DNA of 64,000 bases. Source: a virus (taxonomy: Duplodnaviria; Caudoviricetes). Below are positions 35,318 to 44,532 of this stretch, piece after piece. The notes under the pieces are model-generated. The model did no database searches. It was not told the DNA's origin and saw only the letters and a list, made by a program, of their open reading frames with translations. The DNA lies in IMG/VR virus record IMGVR_UViG_3300034126_000020, positions 160,001-224,000 of that record, one strand, 5' to 3'. Each line of letters begins with the position of its first letter. Position 1 is the stretch's first letter. A program made the position numbers and the translations under genes.

Positions 35318-37375
35318 ATGTCGTCTGTTTCGATGGCTTCGTCTTTGCCGAGAACGGAAGTTCTTGGTTTTAAAGATGTGAGCGGTCAGGGTCAACCGCT
35401 GGAGATCGTCAACCTGCCGATCTTCCTGCCCTGGACCCCGCTGTTCACATCCTGGGGTCCCTCCGACACCGCCATGCTGGTGAGTGGGGGTGGCTTCAGC
35501 ACTATTTACGGTGCGGACAACTTCTACCCTGGTTCGGCATTCCTGAGCCACCAAGGCGCCATGTTGCAGAAAGTCATGCAGACTGGTGCAATGGCCTTGG
35601 TCCGTCGACTGAAGGCAATTGGTGCTGCAACGGCCAACCTGCGTATCTGGGTTGACATGGTCGATGACAAGATCGATCAGTACGAGCGTAACCCGGACGG
35701 TACCTTCAAACGTACCAATGGTCAGCTCGTGGTTATCGGTGAGCCTGTGCTTGGCTACCGCCTGCGTTTCGTGGTCGAGAAGATCGACGGCGAAGACGGC
35801 GTGAAGAAAGCATCGCCGACCACCGGCACCATGACCAACTGGGACGGCAAACCGTCTACCCAGTACCCGCTGATGGATCTGGAAGCCCGTTTCGACGGCG
35901 CCAAGGGTTCCAACTTCGGTCTGCGTCTGGTTGCCCCAACCACCAACAGCTCGACTCCGGTCAACGCTGAACTGGTTGAAGGCCAAGGTGCGTACGTGTA
36001 CCGCCTGTCGATCCTGGAACGTGCAAGCGTCAACAGCACTGGCCAGGTCCGCATGAACCTCGACGGCAACCCGTTCGTTGAGTTCACGCTGAAGCAGGGT
36101 GTGGTCGATCCAAAGTCCAACCTGAACTACAGCTACGACAAGCGCATCCTCAAGGCGTTCGAAAATAACGACCCTGAAGTGTTCTCCGGTTACGGTCCGC
36201 TGAAGACGTTCCACGTCTACAACGCTCACCTCAAAACCGTGCTGGATGCCATCTACGCTACCGAGAAAGACTTCGGTCTGATCGAAAGCGAGATCACTCC
36301 TGAGCATTCGATCAACCTGTTCGGTGGTACCAACGTCAATGGCGTTCCGTACTACTCGGTCAAGATCGAAGGCCCATCGGCTGGTGGCGTGCTGTTCGGC
36401 GAAACCGCGACTCACTGGCTGCAAGGCGGTGAAGACGGTACCGTGACCCCTGAGTCTTACGACGAAGCGGTGAATGGCGAGCTGAACGTGTTCGGTGAAG
36501 GCGATGTGCCTTACGCTGACCGTGCAAGCTTCCCGATGTCCAGCTTCATCGACACCGGTTACACCCTGCCGACCAAGCGTCTGATGTCGAACGTCATGGC
36601 TGTGCGTCCCGACGCATGGGTACTGGCTTCCACCCAGGACGTTCTGGAGCCGTTGAACACTCCGGAAGAAGATTCGAGCATCGGCGCTACCCTGCGTAAC
36701 GCGCTGAGCTTGGTTCCTGAATCCGAGTTCTACAACACCGGCGCTTGCCGTGCTATCGTAATGAAGCACGCTGGTACCTACCTCGATTCCGAGTACGACG
36801 GTATCCTGCCGTTCACTGTGGACTTCGCGGTCAAGGTCGCTACCTACATGGGTGGCGAGCGCATGAAAGCAGGCTACGCGCCTGACGGCCAGGCTGGTCG
36901 CATTGTGACTCGATTCGTCGACCACAACGCCAAGTTCCGCCCAGTCAAGCCACGCAACACCGACTGGCAAGCTGGTATCAGCTCGGCAGAGCCCTTCGAC
37001 CACCGCGGTCAAGTGTTCTTCCCTGGTATCCAGACCGTCTACCACGACAACACGTCGGTCCTCAACTCGTTCTTCCCAATGGCGATCTGCTGCCACCTCA
37101 ACCGTATCGGTGAGTTGGCCTGGCGCATGTTCACTGGCGACAGCCGCATGACTGCTGCTGAATACGCCACGAACGTGGACCGCTTCATCGAAGAAGAGAT
37201 CAAGGATCGCTACGACGGTCGTGCGGACATCACCCCGAGTTCCTACTACACTGCGGCTGACACTCAGCGCGGCTACAGCTGGCACACGGACATCGAAGGT
37301 CTTTTCGACGGCATGAAGACGGTGGAAGTATTGACCGTTGTTGCTGGCCGTCGTCCTGGTACGGAGACTGAGTAA
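35318..37375 (+). CDS. Tail sheath protein (phiKZ gp29-like)
   Basis: ~685 aa, divergent from the gp28-like gene, followed by the tube gene; PLFTSWGP N-terminal motif; GGGAGA SD. Confidence 0.88.
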   Translation: MSSVSMASSLPRTEVLGFKDVSGQGQPLEIVNLPIFLPWTPLFTSWGPSDTAMLVSGGGFSTIYGADNFYPGSAFLSHQGAMLQKVMQTGAMALVRRLKAIGAATANLRIWVDMVDDKIDQYERNPDGTFKRTNGQLVVIGEPVLGYRLRFVVEKIDGEDGVKKASPTTGTMTNWDGKPSTQYPLMDLEARFDGAKGSNFGLRLVAPTTNSSTPVNAELVEGQGAYVYRLSILERASVNSTGQVRMNLDGNPFVEFTLKQGVVDPKSNLNYSYDKRILKAFENNDPEVFSGYGPLKTFHVYNAHLKTVLDAIYATEKDFGLIESEITPEHSINLFGGTNVNGVPYYSVKIEGPSAGGVLFGETATHWLQGGEDGTVTPESYDEAVNGELNVFGEGDVPYADRASFPMSSFIDTGYTLPTKRLMSNVMAVRPDAWVLASTQDVLEPLNTPEEDSSIGATLRNALSLVPESEFYNTGACRAIVMKHAGTYLDSEYDGILPFTVDFAVKVATYMGGERMKAGYAPDGQAGRIVTRFVDHNAKFRPVKPRNTDWQAGISSAEPFDHRGQVFFPGIQTVYHDNTSVLNSFFPMAICCHLNRIGELAWRMFTGDSRMTAAEYATNVDRFIEEEIKDRYDGRADITPSSYYTAADTQRGYSWHTDIEGLFDGMKTVEVLTVVAGRRPGTETE

Positions 37376-38241
37376 TGACCGTCCGTCATCGCGACACCCT
37401 GCTCGGTAACGGTTTGGGCTACGGCGAGTATAACAACTCGCCGATGGTCAACTTGGCGATTGGTGGGCAGAACGCCTACCAGTCTGACCTCCGTTACTTC
37501 CACGCCAACACCGACTACGTGCGCCGCAACCTGATCATCAAGGTTCTGCAAGCGCCACGTGGTTTCCAATACCTGGACAACCCAGACGCTTACTACAAAG
37601 CCCTCAAAGGCATTGTAGAGATGCACGCACAGACGTGGGACGGCTTCAACCGTACCCTGACTGTGAACAGCGTCGAAGCTCCGGTGTCGGGTGCTGGCGA
37701 AATGCAACAGACCCCAAGCAACGTGACGCGTCAGCGTTCCGATCCATCGATGACCATCCGTGAGAAGTACGGCCGTCCAGTTCAGCGCTTCTTCGAGAGC
37801 TGGATTACCGAGCTGATCATGGACCCGGACTCGAAGGTGCCTGGGATCTCCACCCGTGTCAACAAGCCTACCGACTTGCTGCCGGACATCTACTCGATGA
37901 GCATCATTGCTTTCGAGCCGGACCCGTCCTTCACCAAGGTTAACTCGGCCTGGCTGATGACCAACATGTACCCAACCACTGCCGGTGATTTCACTGGCCG
38001 CCGTGACAAGACGGCTGATGGTGAAGAGTTGGTGCTGTCGATCCCTTGGACCGGCATGCAGCAAGTGGGTCTGGCCGTCGACCGTTTCGCTCAGCAACTG
38101 CTGGACGCGATGCCGAAGACCGGTACCTCTCCAAACCTGAAGCCGTCGTTCGCGACGGGCGTGGAAGCAGACGTTGCCAAACACAACGTAGGTTTCACCG
38201 AGCAGGTAGCGGACTTCAACCGCACTTACATCAAGCTGTAA
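37375..38241 (+). CDS. Tail tube protein (phiKZ gp30-like, 288 aa)
   Basis: TAATG coupling to the sheath gene; size and position match. Confidence 0.85.
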   Translation: MTVRHRDTLLGNGLGYGEYNNSPMVNLAIGGQNAYQSDLRYFHANTDYVRRNLIIKVLQAPRGFQYLDNPDAYYKALKGIVEMHAQTWDGFNRTLTVNSVEAPVSGAGEMQQTPSNVTRQRSDPSMTIREKYGRPVQRFFESWITELIMDPDSKVPGISTRVNKPTDLLPDIYSMSIIAFEPDPSFTKVNSAWLMTNMYPTTAGDFTGRRDKTADGEELVLSIPWTGMQQVGLAVDRFAQQLLDAMPKTGTSPNLKPSFATGVEADVAKHNVGFTEQVADFNRTYIKL

Positions 38242-38250
38242 GGCTTGGTG

Positions 38251-38310
38251 CAAAGAAAAAAAGAAGAGGCAAGGAGGGAGTCCCCAATGGGGACTCCCTC
38301 CTATGCCGTC
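38251..38310. terminator. Bidirectional terminator (A-tract, 14-bp stem, TATGCCGT)
   Basis: AGGAGGGAGTCCCC AAT GGGGACTCCCTCCT ATGCCGTC. Confidence 0.75.
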
Positions 38311-38314
38311 TCGA

Positions 38315-39874
38315 TTAGTGGAAGAGGACGAACGGACGCAGACGACCCGGTTCTACGGGCAGTTGGCCTTTCTCATTGGTCAGGTCTGGACGACCCGTGG
38401 TGGTGCGTGCAGCGCGTTCACGACGAAGGCTATCGGCCAGTACGAGCAGGAACTTGTGCTCGTACTGATCGTAGTCAGCGATGAAGTACATCTCTTTCTT
38501 CGCATCGTCTTCGATGTAGACGAACTGGTTGATTTGCGGAATCCACTCGCGAGTTGGGATACGGGACGGACGTTCTGGATCAGCATGACGCTCCAGACGA
38601 ACTTCCATATCCGCACGGTTTGGATAACCGTCGTTGCGTGGAGGGCGAGGAGGCAGACGGGCATCGGAGCGATCATTGCCCCGAGCGCTGTCACCACGAC
38701 GACCGGAATGACCAGCGTCACGACCATTGGCCTTGAACGTCAGGTCTTCGAGAGTGAACACTGGGCCTTCCAGACCTTTGGTGTCCATGTGATGGCGATC
38801 GAGGACCAGGTTGTTGTGGATGTCGAGGTGGTAGATGTCACCACGCCCTTCAGCGTGTTCACCAGTGCGAACGCGTTCAACGTGCAGCTTGCCAGCGTAC
38901 GCCTGAGGGCTAGTGATAGCCTTGATGGTGTAGCTGTTCATCCACTTGCGAGCCAGGACCGAAGTCTCGCTCATCAGGATGGCCTTGATGACGGCTTCCA
39001 GATTGTCAGCACCCAGCAGGTCGAACAGTTCTTGCTCTTCGAGCTTGGACTGCGGAACGAACTGAGCACCTACTTCTTCGAAGTCGAACAACTTCGGCGC
39101 TACCGGTTTTGGCACGTTACGCTTGACGTCGCTGACGATGATGCGGATGTTCGTTTCTTCATCGAACTTGGCATTAGGGTCAACGGGTTGTTTTGCCACA
39201 GCGAACATGTCCTTGGACTCGAAGTCCAGGCGAAACAGAGTTTCCTGTTCACCGACCACGATCACCTGAGGCACCACTTCAGCACCAAGGCCGATGATGG
39301 CGTAGAACTCCAGCTCGAACGCATTCGGTTCACGCAGGGCCTCGATGTTGTGGGCAATCACGCCGATCACGTTACGGGCATAATGCGCTTCCGCATTGAA
39401 GTTGCCGAAACGTTCAACATCAGTTGGGTTCTGGAAGATCACTGTAGCGCTGAGATCACCGTGGACCCACTGAGTCTTCACCGGACCTTCGCCCAGTTCC
39501 AACTGCATGATCTTGTCTTGCCCTTGCGAGGCAGGATCGCCCAGGCCGTCGTGCTGTGCTTCGAGGCTGGTACGCGTCCAGGTCATCAGGATAGTGCTGG
39601 CATTGATCGGGTCAACAGCAACCAGACCTTTGCCATCTTCGCTGATGCCCAGAGGCATGTAACGCTCTTTGCCCAGATCCAGCTCGACGCTCATGGCGCC
39701 ACGTTGACCGCGACGGACACGGAACATCTCGTACGGTTGGAACAGGACTGGATCACCTTCGACGTTGGTGAAGGCGTTAACCTTTTGCAGCAACTGGAAG
39801 ATCGTGAAGATCTTGCCGGATTTGGTCATGTTCTCTTGACCGTGGGTAATCTTCAATTCAGCAGTAGGTTGCAT
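38315..39874 (-). CDS. Hypothetical protein (519 aa) with R/G/D-rich linker
   Basis: AAGGAG SD; downstream of the promoter motif. Confidence 0.75.
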   Translation of the reverse strand: MQPTAELKITHGQENMTKSGKIFTIFQLLQKVNAFTNVEGDPVLFQPYEMFRVRRGQRGAMSVELDLGKERYMPLGISEDGKGLVAVDPINASTILMTWTRTSLEAQHDGLGDPASQGQDKIMQLELGEGPVKTQWVHGDLSATVIFQNPTDVERFGNFNAEAHYARNVIGVIAHNIEALREPNAFELEFYAIIGLGAEVVPQVIVVGEQETLFRLDFESKDMFAVAKQPVDPNAKFDEETNIRIIVSDVKRNVPKPVAPKLFDFEEVGAQFVPQSKLEEQELFDLLGADNLEAVIKAILMSETSVLARKWMNSYTIKAITSPQAYAGKLHVERVRTGEHAEGRGDIYHLDIHNNLVLDRHHMDTKGLEGPVFTLEDLTFKANGRDAGHSGRRGDSARGNDRSDARLPPRPPRNDGYPNRADMEVRLERHADPERPSRIPTREWIPQINQFVYIEDDAKKEMYFIADYDQYEHKFLLVLADSLRRERAARTTTGRPDLTNEKGQLPVEPGRLRPFVLFH

Positions 39875-39910
39875 TGCGTCACTCCTTGGTGGGATAGGTT
39901 ACTCAACTGT

Positions 39911-39937
39911 ATCATGTATTGCTACAGAAAGTTTCAA
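39911..39937 (-). promoter_or_regulatory. Putative phage early promoter motif
   Basis: TTGAAA-CTTTCTGTAGCAA-TACATGAT. Confidence 0.6.
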
Positions 39938-39941
39938 TCGA

Positions 39942-39972
39942 CCGGGCATAAAGGGAGGGCTAGGCCCTCCAT
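39942..39972 (-). terminator. Hairpin + TTTATGCCC element
   Basis: Minus strand reads GGAGGGC CTA GCCCTCC CTTTATGCCCGG. Confidence 0.55.
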
Positions 39973-40344
39973 CTATTTACGCACTTCTATCTGTGGATCA
40001 ACGAAGTAGTCCAAGATCAGCCAGCCTTTACTGGAAGAGATCTTGAAGTGGTTCGTTTGCCACCCACGTTTGACATCTCGTTGGTATGGCGTGGTGTACT
40101 CGACCGGCTTTCCAGGGAACTTATTGAGGTCAAGTTCGAATCCGGGATCGCGGATCAGGTCATGCAGAGCTTTAACGCTCTCTACGTGCAGCATGGCGCG
40201 TATATCGAGGTTGTGATCAACAGAGTATGCCGGTACGTTGCAATCGCTCTCTACGGCTCTTATAGCAGCCTCTAGAGCGACATGGTTGTACTCACTGTCA
40301 AGGCTCGTGTCGTGGCCGATGTAATCGTCACTCGCATCCATCAC
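39973..40344 (-). CDS. Hypothetical protein (123 aa)
   Basis: GTGA/ATG coupling with the upstream gene. Confidence 0.6.
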   Translation of the reverse strand: MMDASDDYIGHDTSLDSEYNHVALEAAIRAVESDCNVPAYSVDHNLDIRAMLHVESVKALHDLIRDPGFELDLNKFPGKPVEYTTPYQRDVKRGWQTNHFKISSSKGWLILDYFVDPQIEVRK

Positions 40345-40853
40345 TGAACCACGCGGAACTGAGCCTTGCGTTGATTACGGGCCTCAAGCGCTTCTTGGGC
40401 TCTCTTCAACTCAGCGTGGTGTTCCACCTCAAGCTTGCCACAGAGGTCAAACACAGCCAACGCTTGAATGACACTGCCCATGTCCATGAGGTCGGAGTAG
40501 GGCGGGTGAGGGCATTCGCAGGGATGTGTCAACAGACAGTCACCCGTGATGGTGTTGAGGTCCAAGACAATGCCACCGACTTCTTCGACCTCTTCACCGT
40601 CCGCCGCATCGAAACCCACAATGATGGTGAGGTTGAACCCATCGGTTGCCGAAGGATGGAACGACAGCTTGATAAAGTCGTTGTCCGCATCCACGGAATC
40701 TCGGATGGTGTTGCCACCACCGTACACCGGGAAGTTACCGAACTGGTACGTCCAGGTTTCCTTCTCTTGTATTGCGGTCTCGATGCGTGACTCCATGACC
40801 CGGAGGATTCCAACCAACGCACCGGCCATAGGGGCCAGAAAGTCCATAGACAC
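40341..40853 (-). CDS. Hypothetical protein (170 aa)
   Basis: GAGGTG SD; operon-like spacing. Confidence 0.65.
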   Translation of the reverse strand: MSMDFLAPMAGALVGILRVMESRIETAIQEKETWTYQFGNFPVYGGGNTIRDSVDADNDFIKLSFHPSATDGFNLTIIVGFDAADGEEVEEVGGIVLDLNTITGDCLLTHPCECPHPPYSDLMDMGSVIQALAVFDLCGKLEVEHHAELKRAQEALEARNQRKAQFRVVQ

Positions 40854-40854
40854 C

Positions 40855-41382
40855 TCAGTTGACGTGATGGCGGATGGTAGTGAACTTACGCTTGCCAGAG
40901 GTCACCACTGGCCCAGGGAGGGCTTTGGGTACCATCGCAGCCTTGTGGGCTACGTCTTTCAAATTCGTGCGCTTCACACGGTCTTCACGAGGGGTGTGCT
41001 TACGCTCACTCACGTAGAAACCGGAGCAGGAGTTCTTGAAGAGGATCAGGTTCGCATTCTGCGCCTTGTCCTCGATCACGTCGATGCCAAACTCTTCCCA
41101 GTTCGGTTCACCGCCAGCGATCACTTCAAGCAGTTGTGGCTTGTAGTTGCGTACCAGGTTGTCGATACGGCTTTGCAGGGCAGTTCCCACGCACAGGCCG
41201 TAGAAGAACCCATTCTCCTTGTCGACCTTGCCCAGCCAGTTCAGGCCGGCCTTAGCGCGATCGCGGATGTCGTGCATGTTGTCGATGTCGTCGCTCATGA
41301 TCAAGCGGAAGTAAACGCCGGTCTTGCGAAGGTCGCTACCAATACTTTCCAGCTCGTCTTTCAAATACTGCAACTTGCTCAT
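40855..41382 (-). CDS. Hypothetical protein (175 aa)
   Basis: AAGGAG SD. Confidence 0.7.
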   Translation of the reverse strand: MSKLQYLKDELESIGSDLRKTGVYFRLIMSDDIDNMHDIRDRAKAGLNWLGKVDKENGFFYGLCVGTALQSRIDNLVRNYKPQLLEVIAGGEPNWEEFGIDVIEDKAQNANLILFKNSCSGFYVSERKHTPREDRVKRTNLKDVAHKAAMVPKALPGPVVTSGKRKFTTIRHHVN

Positions 41383-41427
41383 GGTCGCTCCTTGATGGTG
41401 CTTGGTGTATGTTCTATAGGTTTAGCA

Positions 41428-41474
41428 GAAAAAAGATCGCTGACATAACCCAGCAGCCGGTTAGGGCTGCTGGG
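41428..41474 (-). terminator. Hairpin + TTATGTC + U-tract
   Basis: Minus strand reads CCCAGCAGCC CTAACC GGCTGCTGGG TTATGTCAGCGATCTTTTTT. Confidence 0.6.
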
Positions 41475-41494
41475 CTGGCCGGGCTACGCAGGTG

Positions 41495-41959
41495 TTACTT
41501 GTTGAACTGCGCGGCGAAGCTTTCGGAGACGTGGGTCACGATGCGCTTCAGGTCGCCACGCTTGGCAGCGGCGCCGGAGTCCAGCTTCAGGGAGACGTTA
41601 CCGAACTTCGGCTTTTCTTCGGACGAGCCTGGAGCACGGACCATGATCTTGCGGTCAACGCTTGCGCGGATGGTGTTGTTGCCGTAGTCGATCGAACCGG
41701 TTACACGGTCGCAGCCAGCTTGTGCAGTCATGTGCACTTGAGCGGCATTGCCCAGGCCCAGAGCCAGAGCACCGGCGAAGGTGGCTTCTTGGTCTTGGAC
41801 GAGCTTGACGGTTTCGAGGCTCAGTTCGGCAGGCAGGTTGTCTTTGACGAAGGTTTCAGGCAGGGTGGCAGCACCGTCGTCGTCGAAGGTGATGGAGTCC
41901 TGGATCTTTACGCCGAGGTCTTTGATGGACTGGCTGACTTTGTTCAGAGCATCGCTCAT
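41495..41959 (-). CDS. Hypothetical protein (154 aa), probably highly expressed early protein
   Basis: AGGAGTTACACC leader, strongly biased codons, flanked by the promoter motif and a terminator. Confidence 0.75.
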   Translation of the reverse strand: MSDALNKVSQSIKDLGVKIQDSITFDDDGAATLPETFVKDNLPAELSLETVKLVQDQEATFAGALALGLGNAAQVHMTAQAGCDRVTGSIDYGNNTIRASVDRKIMVRAPGSSEEKPKFGNVSLKLDSGAAAKRGDLKRIVTHVSESFAAQFNK

Positions 41960-42062
41960 GGTGTAACTCCTGATGGGTGTGAAAAGTTTATTCGACGTGT
42001 GTAGTCGCACAGTAAGCGCCGCATGCGTTTTTATTTACGCACTAGGTTCAATGTACACCTTG

Positions 42063-42089
42063 ATAATGTATTATCGAAGATCGCTTGAA
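42063..42089 (-). promoter_or_regulatory. Putative phage early promoter motif
   Basis: TTCAAG-CGATCTTCGATAA-TACATTAT. Confidence 0.55.
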
Positions 42090-42139
42090 TGGAATGGAAA
42101 CAAACAAAGAAAAAGCCACTAGGGCCTTTTCTTTTCGGG

Positions 42140-42466
42140 TCACGCCTTTGCAGTCCCTTGAGGACGCTCAGGGTGTTGGAACTTCGGGTCCAGCAGAGTA
42201 GGTTCTGCTGGAGTGGCTGGATCTGCTTCAGGAGCGGCCACAGGAGCCGCTACAGGAGTGATCAGGTCCGCCAGAGTAGCAGTGGGGGCTACGGCAGGTG
42301 CTGCCGCTTTAGCAGCCTTGTGGGCTGCATAGCGACGCTTGGCATAGATGCCGCCACCACCGAGGACCAGGACGCCGCCACCGATAGCGGCAGCAGCGAC
42401 TGGGTTCTCTTTGATAGCTTCAACAGCAGTGCCAGCGATTTCTTTCAGGGTGTCGAGGAAGGACAT
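42140..42466 (-). CDS. Small single-pass membrane protein (108 aa) with Ala/Pro-rich tail
   Basis: AAAIGGGVLVLGGGGIYA TM segment followed by KRR; GGAGATACACC leader. Confidence 0.7.
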   Translation of the reverse strand: MSFLDTLKEIAGTAVEAIKENPVAAAAIGGGVLVLGGGGIYAKRRYAAHKAAKAAAPAVAPTATLADLITPVAAPVAAPEADPATPAEPTLLDPKFQHPERPQGTAKA

Positions 42467-42533
42467 GGTGTATCTCCAGAATGAGGGTATTGCTAAATGA
42501 GGGATGGGTGTTACAGGTACGCGGGTATTTCAA

Positions 42534-42668
42534 TTAGCAGCGGGTGGCACCGCGCAGCTTGGTCTTCTGACGCTTGTCGTACGAATGACCGATGTAGCAG
42601 ATGACAGCCAGCACCGCAAGGGCACCAACGATAACTGCGACGTCGATCCATGGGTTAAAGCCTGTCAT
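42534..42668 (-). CDS. Micro membrane protein (44 aa), not in the ORF track
   Basis: Manual translation MTGFNPWIDVAVIVGALAVLAVICYIGHSYDKRQKTKLRGATRC; starts 1 nt after the upstream stop. Confidence 0.6.
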   Translation of the reverse strand: MTGFNPWIDVAVIVGALAVLAVICYIGHSYDKRQKTKLRGATRC

Positions 42669-42669
42669 C

Positions 42670-42831
42670 TTAGTTGTTCCCTTTGTCAGTGTTTTTAGTA
42701 GCTTCTTGTTCACGCAGTTTTGCCATCAGGATGGCGTTGTCTTCTTTCAAGCGCTTACGCTCGTTAGAAGCACCACGCAGCCAGAAGCCGATGGCAATAC
42801 CGGTACCAATGAGGATCGCTTCTTTAAACAT
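42670..42831 (-). CDS. Micro membrane protein (53 aa), not in the ORF track
   Basis: Manual translation MFKEAILIGTGIAIGFWLRGASNERKRLKEDNAILMAKLREQE...; GGAGA SD. Confidence 0.65.
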   Translation of the reverse strand: MFKEAILIGTGIAIGFWLRGASNERKRLKEDNAILMAKLREQEATKNTDKGNN

Positions 42832-42858
42832 GATGTCTCTCCAAATGTGTAGGGGTTA

Positions 42859-43140
42859 TTAGGAAGCTCGATTGCCGGTGCGTTTCACACCGTCAGCAAT
42901 GAACTCCCGCTGGAACTGGACGTCATCATTCAAGCCGATGACTTGGATCTCGATCTTGGTCCCTTTGACCCAGGCCAAGATCTGGACGCATTCGAACTTA
43001 ACGTGATCTTCACGATAAGCCACACCGAATGCATCTTCCAATTCACGACGGACAAAGAAGTACTTGGCATCCTTGTCACTGCCGAAGTTCTCTTGGGCGT
43101 GCTTGATGGCGTCCAACAGCTCAACGATATCGTGTTGCAT
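42859..43140 (-). CDS. Hypothetical protein (93 aa)
   Basis: AGGAGG SD; first gene after the promoter motif. Confidence 0.7.
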   Translation of the reverse strand: MQHDIVELLDAIKHAQENFGSDKDAKYFFVRRELEDAFGVAYREDHVKFECVQILAWVKGTKIEIQVIGLNDDVQFQREFIADGVKRTGNRAS

Positions 43141-43196
43141 GTTTTGTCCTCCTAAGGACTGGGTAAGGGTGAGGATTAGTTCCTCTATTCACCGTA

Positions 43197-43223
43197 ATCA
43201 TGTATTGTTGAAATAAATTCGAA
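43197..43223 (-). promoter_or_regulatory. Putative phage early promoter motif
   Basis: TTCGAA-TTTATTTCAACAA-TACATGAT. Confidence 0.65.
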
Positions 43224-43233
43224 TCACATTGAA

Positions 43234-43275
43234 ACGGCATACAGGGCAGGCCTAAGGCCTGCCCTGTATGTTCTA
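43234..43275 (-). terminator. 16-bp inverted repeat + TATGCCGT
   Basis: CATACAGGGCAGGCCT A AGGCCTGCCCTGTATG; the minus strand continues CCGT. Confidence 0.65.
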
Positions 43276-44523
43276 TCAGCTGCGGGAGTTCTTGCGTGCG
43301 TCTTTGGCCACACGCTCAGCCGCGAGGTTGATCTCACGGATGATGAAGTACAGCACGGTCACTGCGCCGTTCAGGCACTGCCAGCCGAGACGGGAGGTCT
43401 CGATGATAGCGCGTTGTACGCCCTGCGCATCGCCCGAACCCTGCACGTCTTTCTTCATGCGCACGGTCAGTGCTTTGTGCTCGGTCCACTTCTTCGGCGA
43501 GTTGGAACGCATTTGCTGGGTAGCGGTTGCAGCAGCCAGGAACTTGTCCAGCGCACCGGTCAGCTCTTCTACTTTGATGACCCGCTTACGAGAGCCCTCA
43601 ACCACCATCACGACGCCCGGATCGAAGATGAAGTCCACGAGGGTGCTCTTCGGCCAGCTCACGTTCAGGGAGCCGCCAGTGGACCAGTTCTTCAGGCCAT
43701 CAGGCGCGCCCTTGATGTCGAACTTCTTCACGTTCAGGCGACGGTTGCCCATGGTGAAGGTGTGGTCGAAGCGACGGTACACTTCGTCGATCTTCGGGTT
43801 GATGCCGTTGATCGCACTGATCGCCTTGTCAGCAGCGTCCTGGTCTTTCCAGTCAGCACGCATGGCAATGTCAGCCGCTTTCTTGGCGTCGTCAACCAGT
43901 TGGGTACCGAACTTGATCAGGTCGCCAATGATGCTGGCAGTTTCACCGGCAGCCTTTGGAATGTTGTCAGGAACGGAACCGTCAACACGGAAGGCGTAAA
44001 CCAGCGAACGACCGAACGCAGGAGTGATGGCCAGCTTGGCATGAGCCGAAGCGTAGTTCTTCAGGACAGAGACGTTGTCCTTCAGGTTTGGCACTTCACG
44101 GTTCAGCAAACCGATCTTGTCCCACAGGTCAGTCATGGAGTAGCTTTCCATGGCGACAGTGATCTGACCTTCCAGTGACGCGTTGATGCCACGGATCTGA
44201 GCAGCCAGTTCTTTGGCCTTAGGGCCCTGCTCAACGGACTCCAGAGACGCGGTGTTCACGGTGATGCCGTAACGGCCCATGACTGCCGAGACCAGTGCTG
44301 CTGCACTGTCCAGGGACTCCTGACTGACCAGAGTATCGCCATCAAGGACGACAGCGGTCTCTTCCAGGGTGTTCATGTCCTGCTCGAGTTCCAGACGGTC
44401 CTCGACGTAGCTGTCGGCCGACACTGGGTTCGACTCGTCGCGAAGCTGGTCCAGCAGCTCTTCGCTATTATCAGCACTTTCCTGCGACACTTTCAGCGCG
44501 GCAGTAAGAACGGAGTTTTTCAT
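43276..44523 (-). CDS. Head (inner/ejection) protein with acidic propeptide (415 aa)
   Basis: Acidic N-terminal ~130 aa with S/A-x-E sites (SQE, SLE, AME); located next to the prohead protease. Confidence 0.7.
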   Translation of the reverse strand: MKNSVLTAALKVSQESADNSEELLDQLRDESNPVSADSYVEDRLELEQDMNTLEETAVVLDGDTLVSQESLDSAAALVSAVMGRYGITVNTASLESVEQGPKAKELAAQIRGINASLEGQITVAMESYSMTDLWDKIGLLNREVPNLKDNVSVLKNYASAHAKLAITPAFGRSLVYAFRVDGSVPDNIPKAAGETASIIGDLIKFGTQLVDDAKKAADIAMRADWKDQDAADKAISAINGINPKIDEVYRRFDHTFTMGNRRLNVKKFDIKGAPDGLKNWSTGGSLNVSWPKSTLVDFIFDPGVVMVVEGSRKRVIKVEELTGALDKFLAAATATQQMRSNSPKKWTEHKALTVRMKKDVQGSGDAQGVQRAIIETSRLGWQCLNGAVTVLYFIIREINLAAERVAKDARKNSRS

Positions 44524-44532
44524 GACCTTTCC

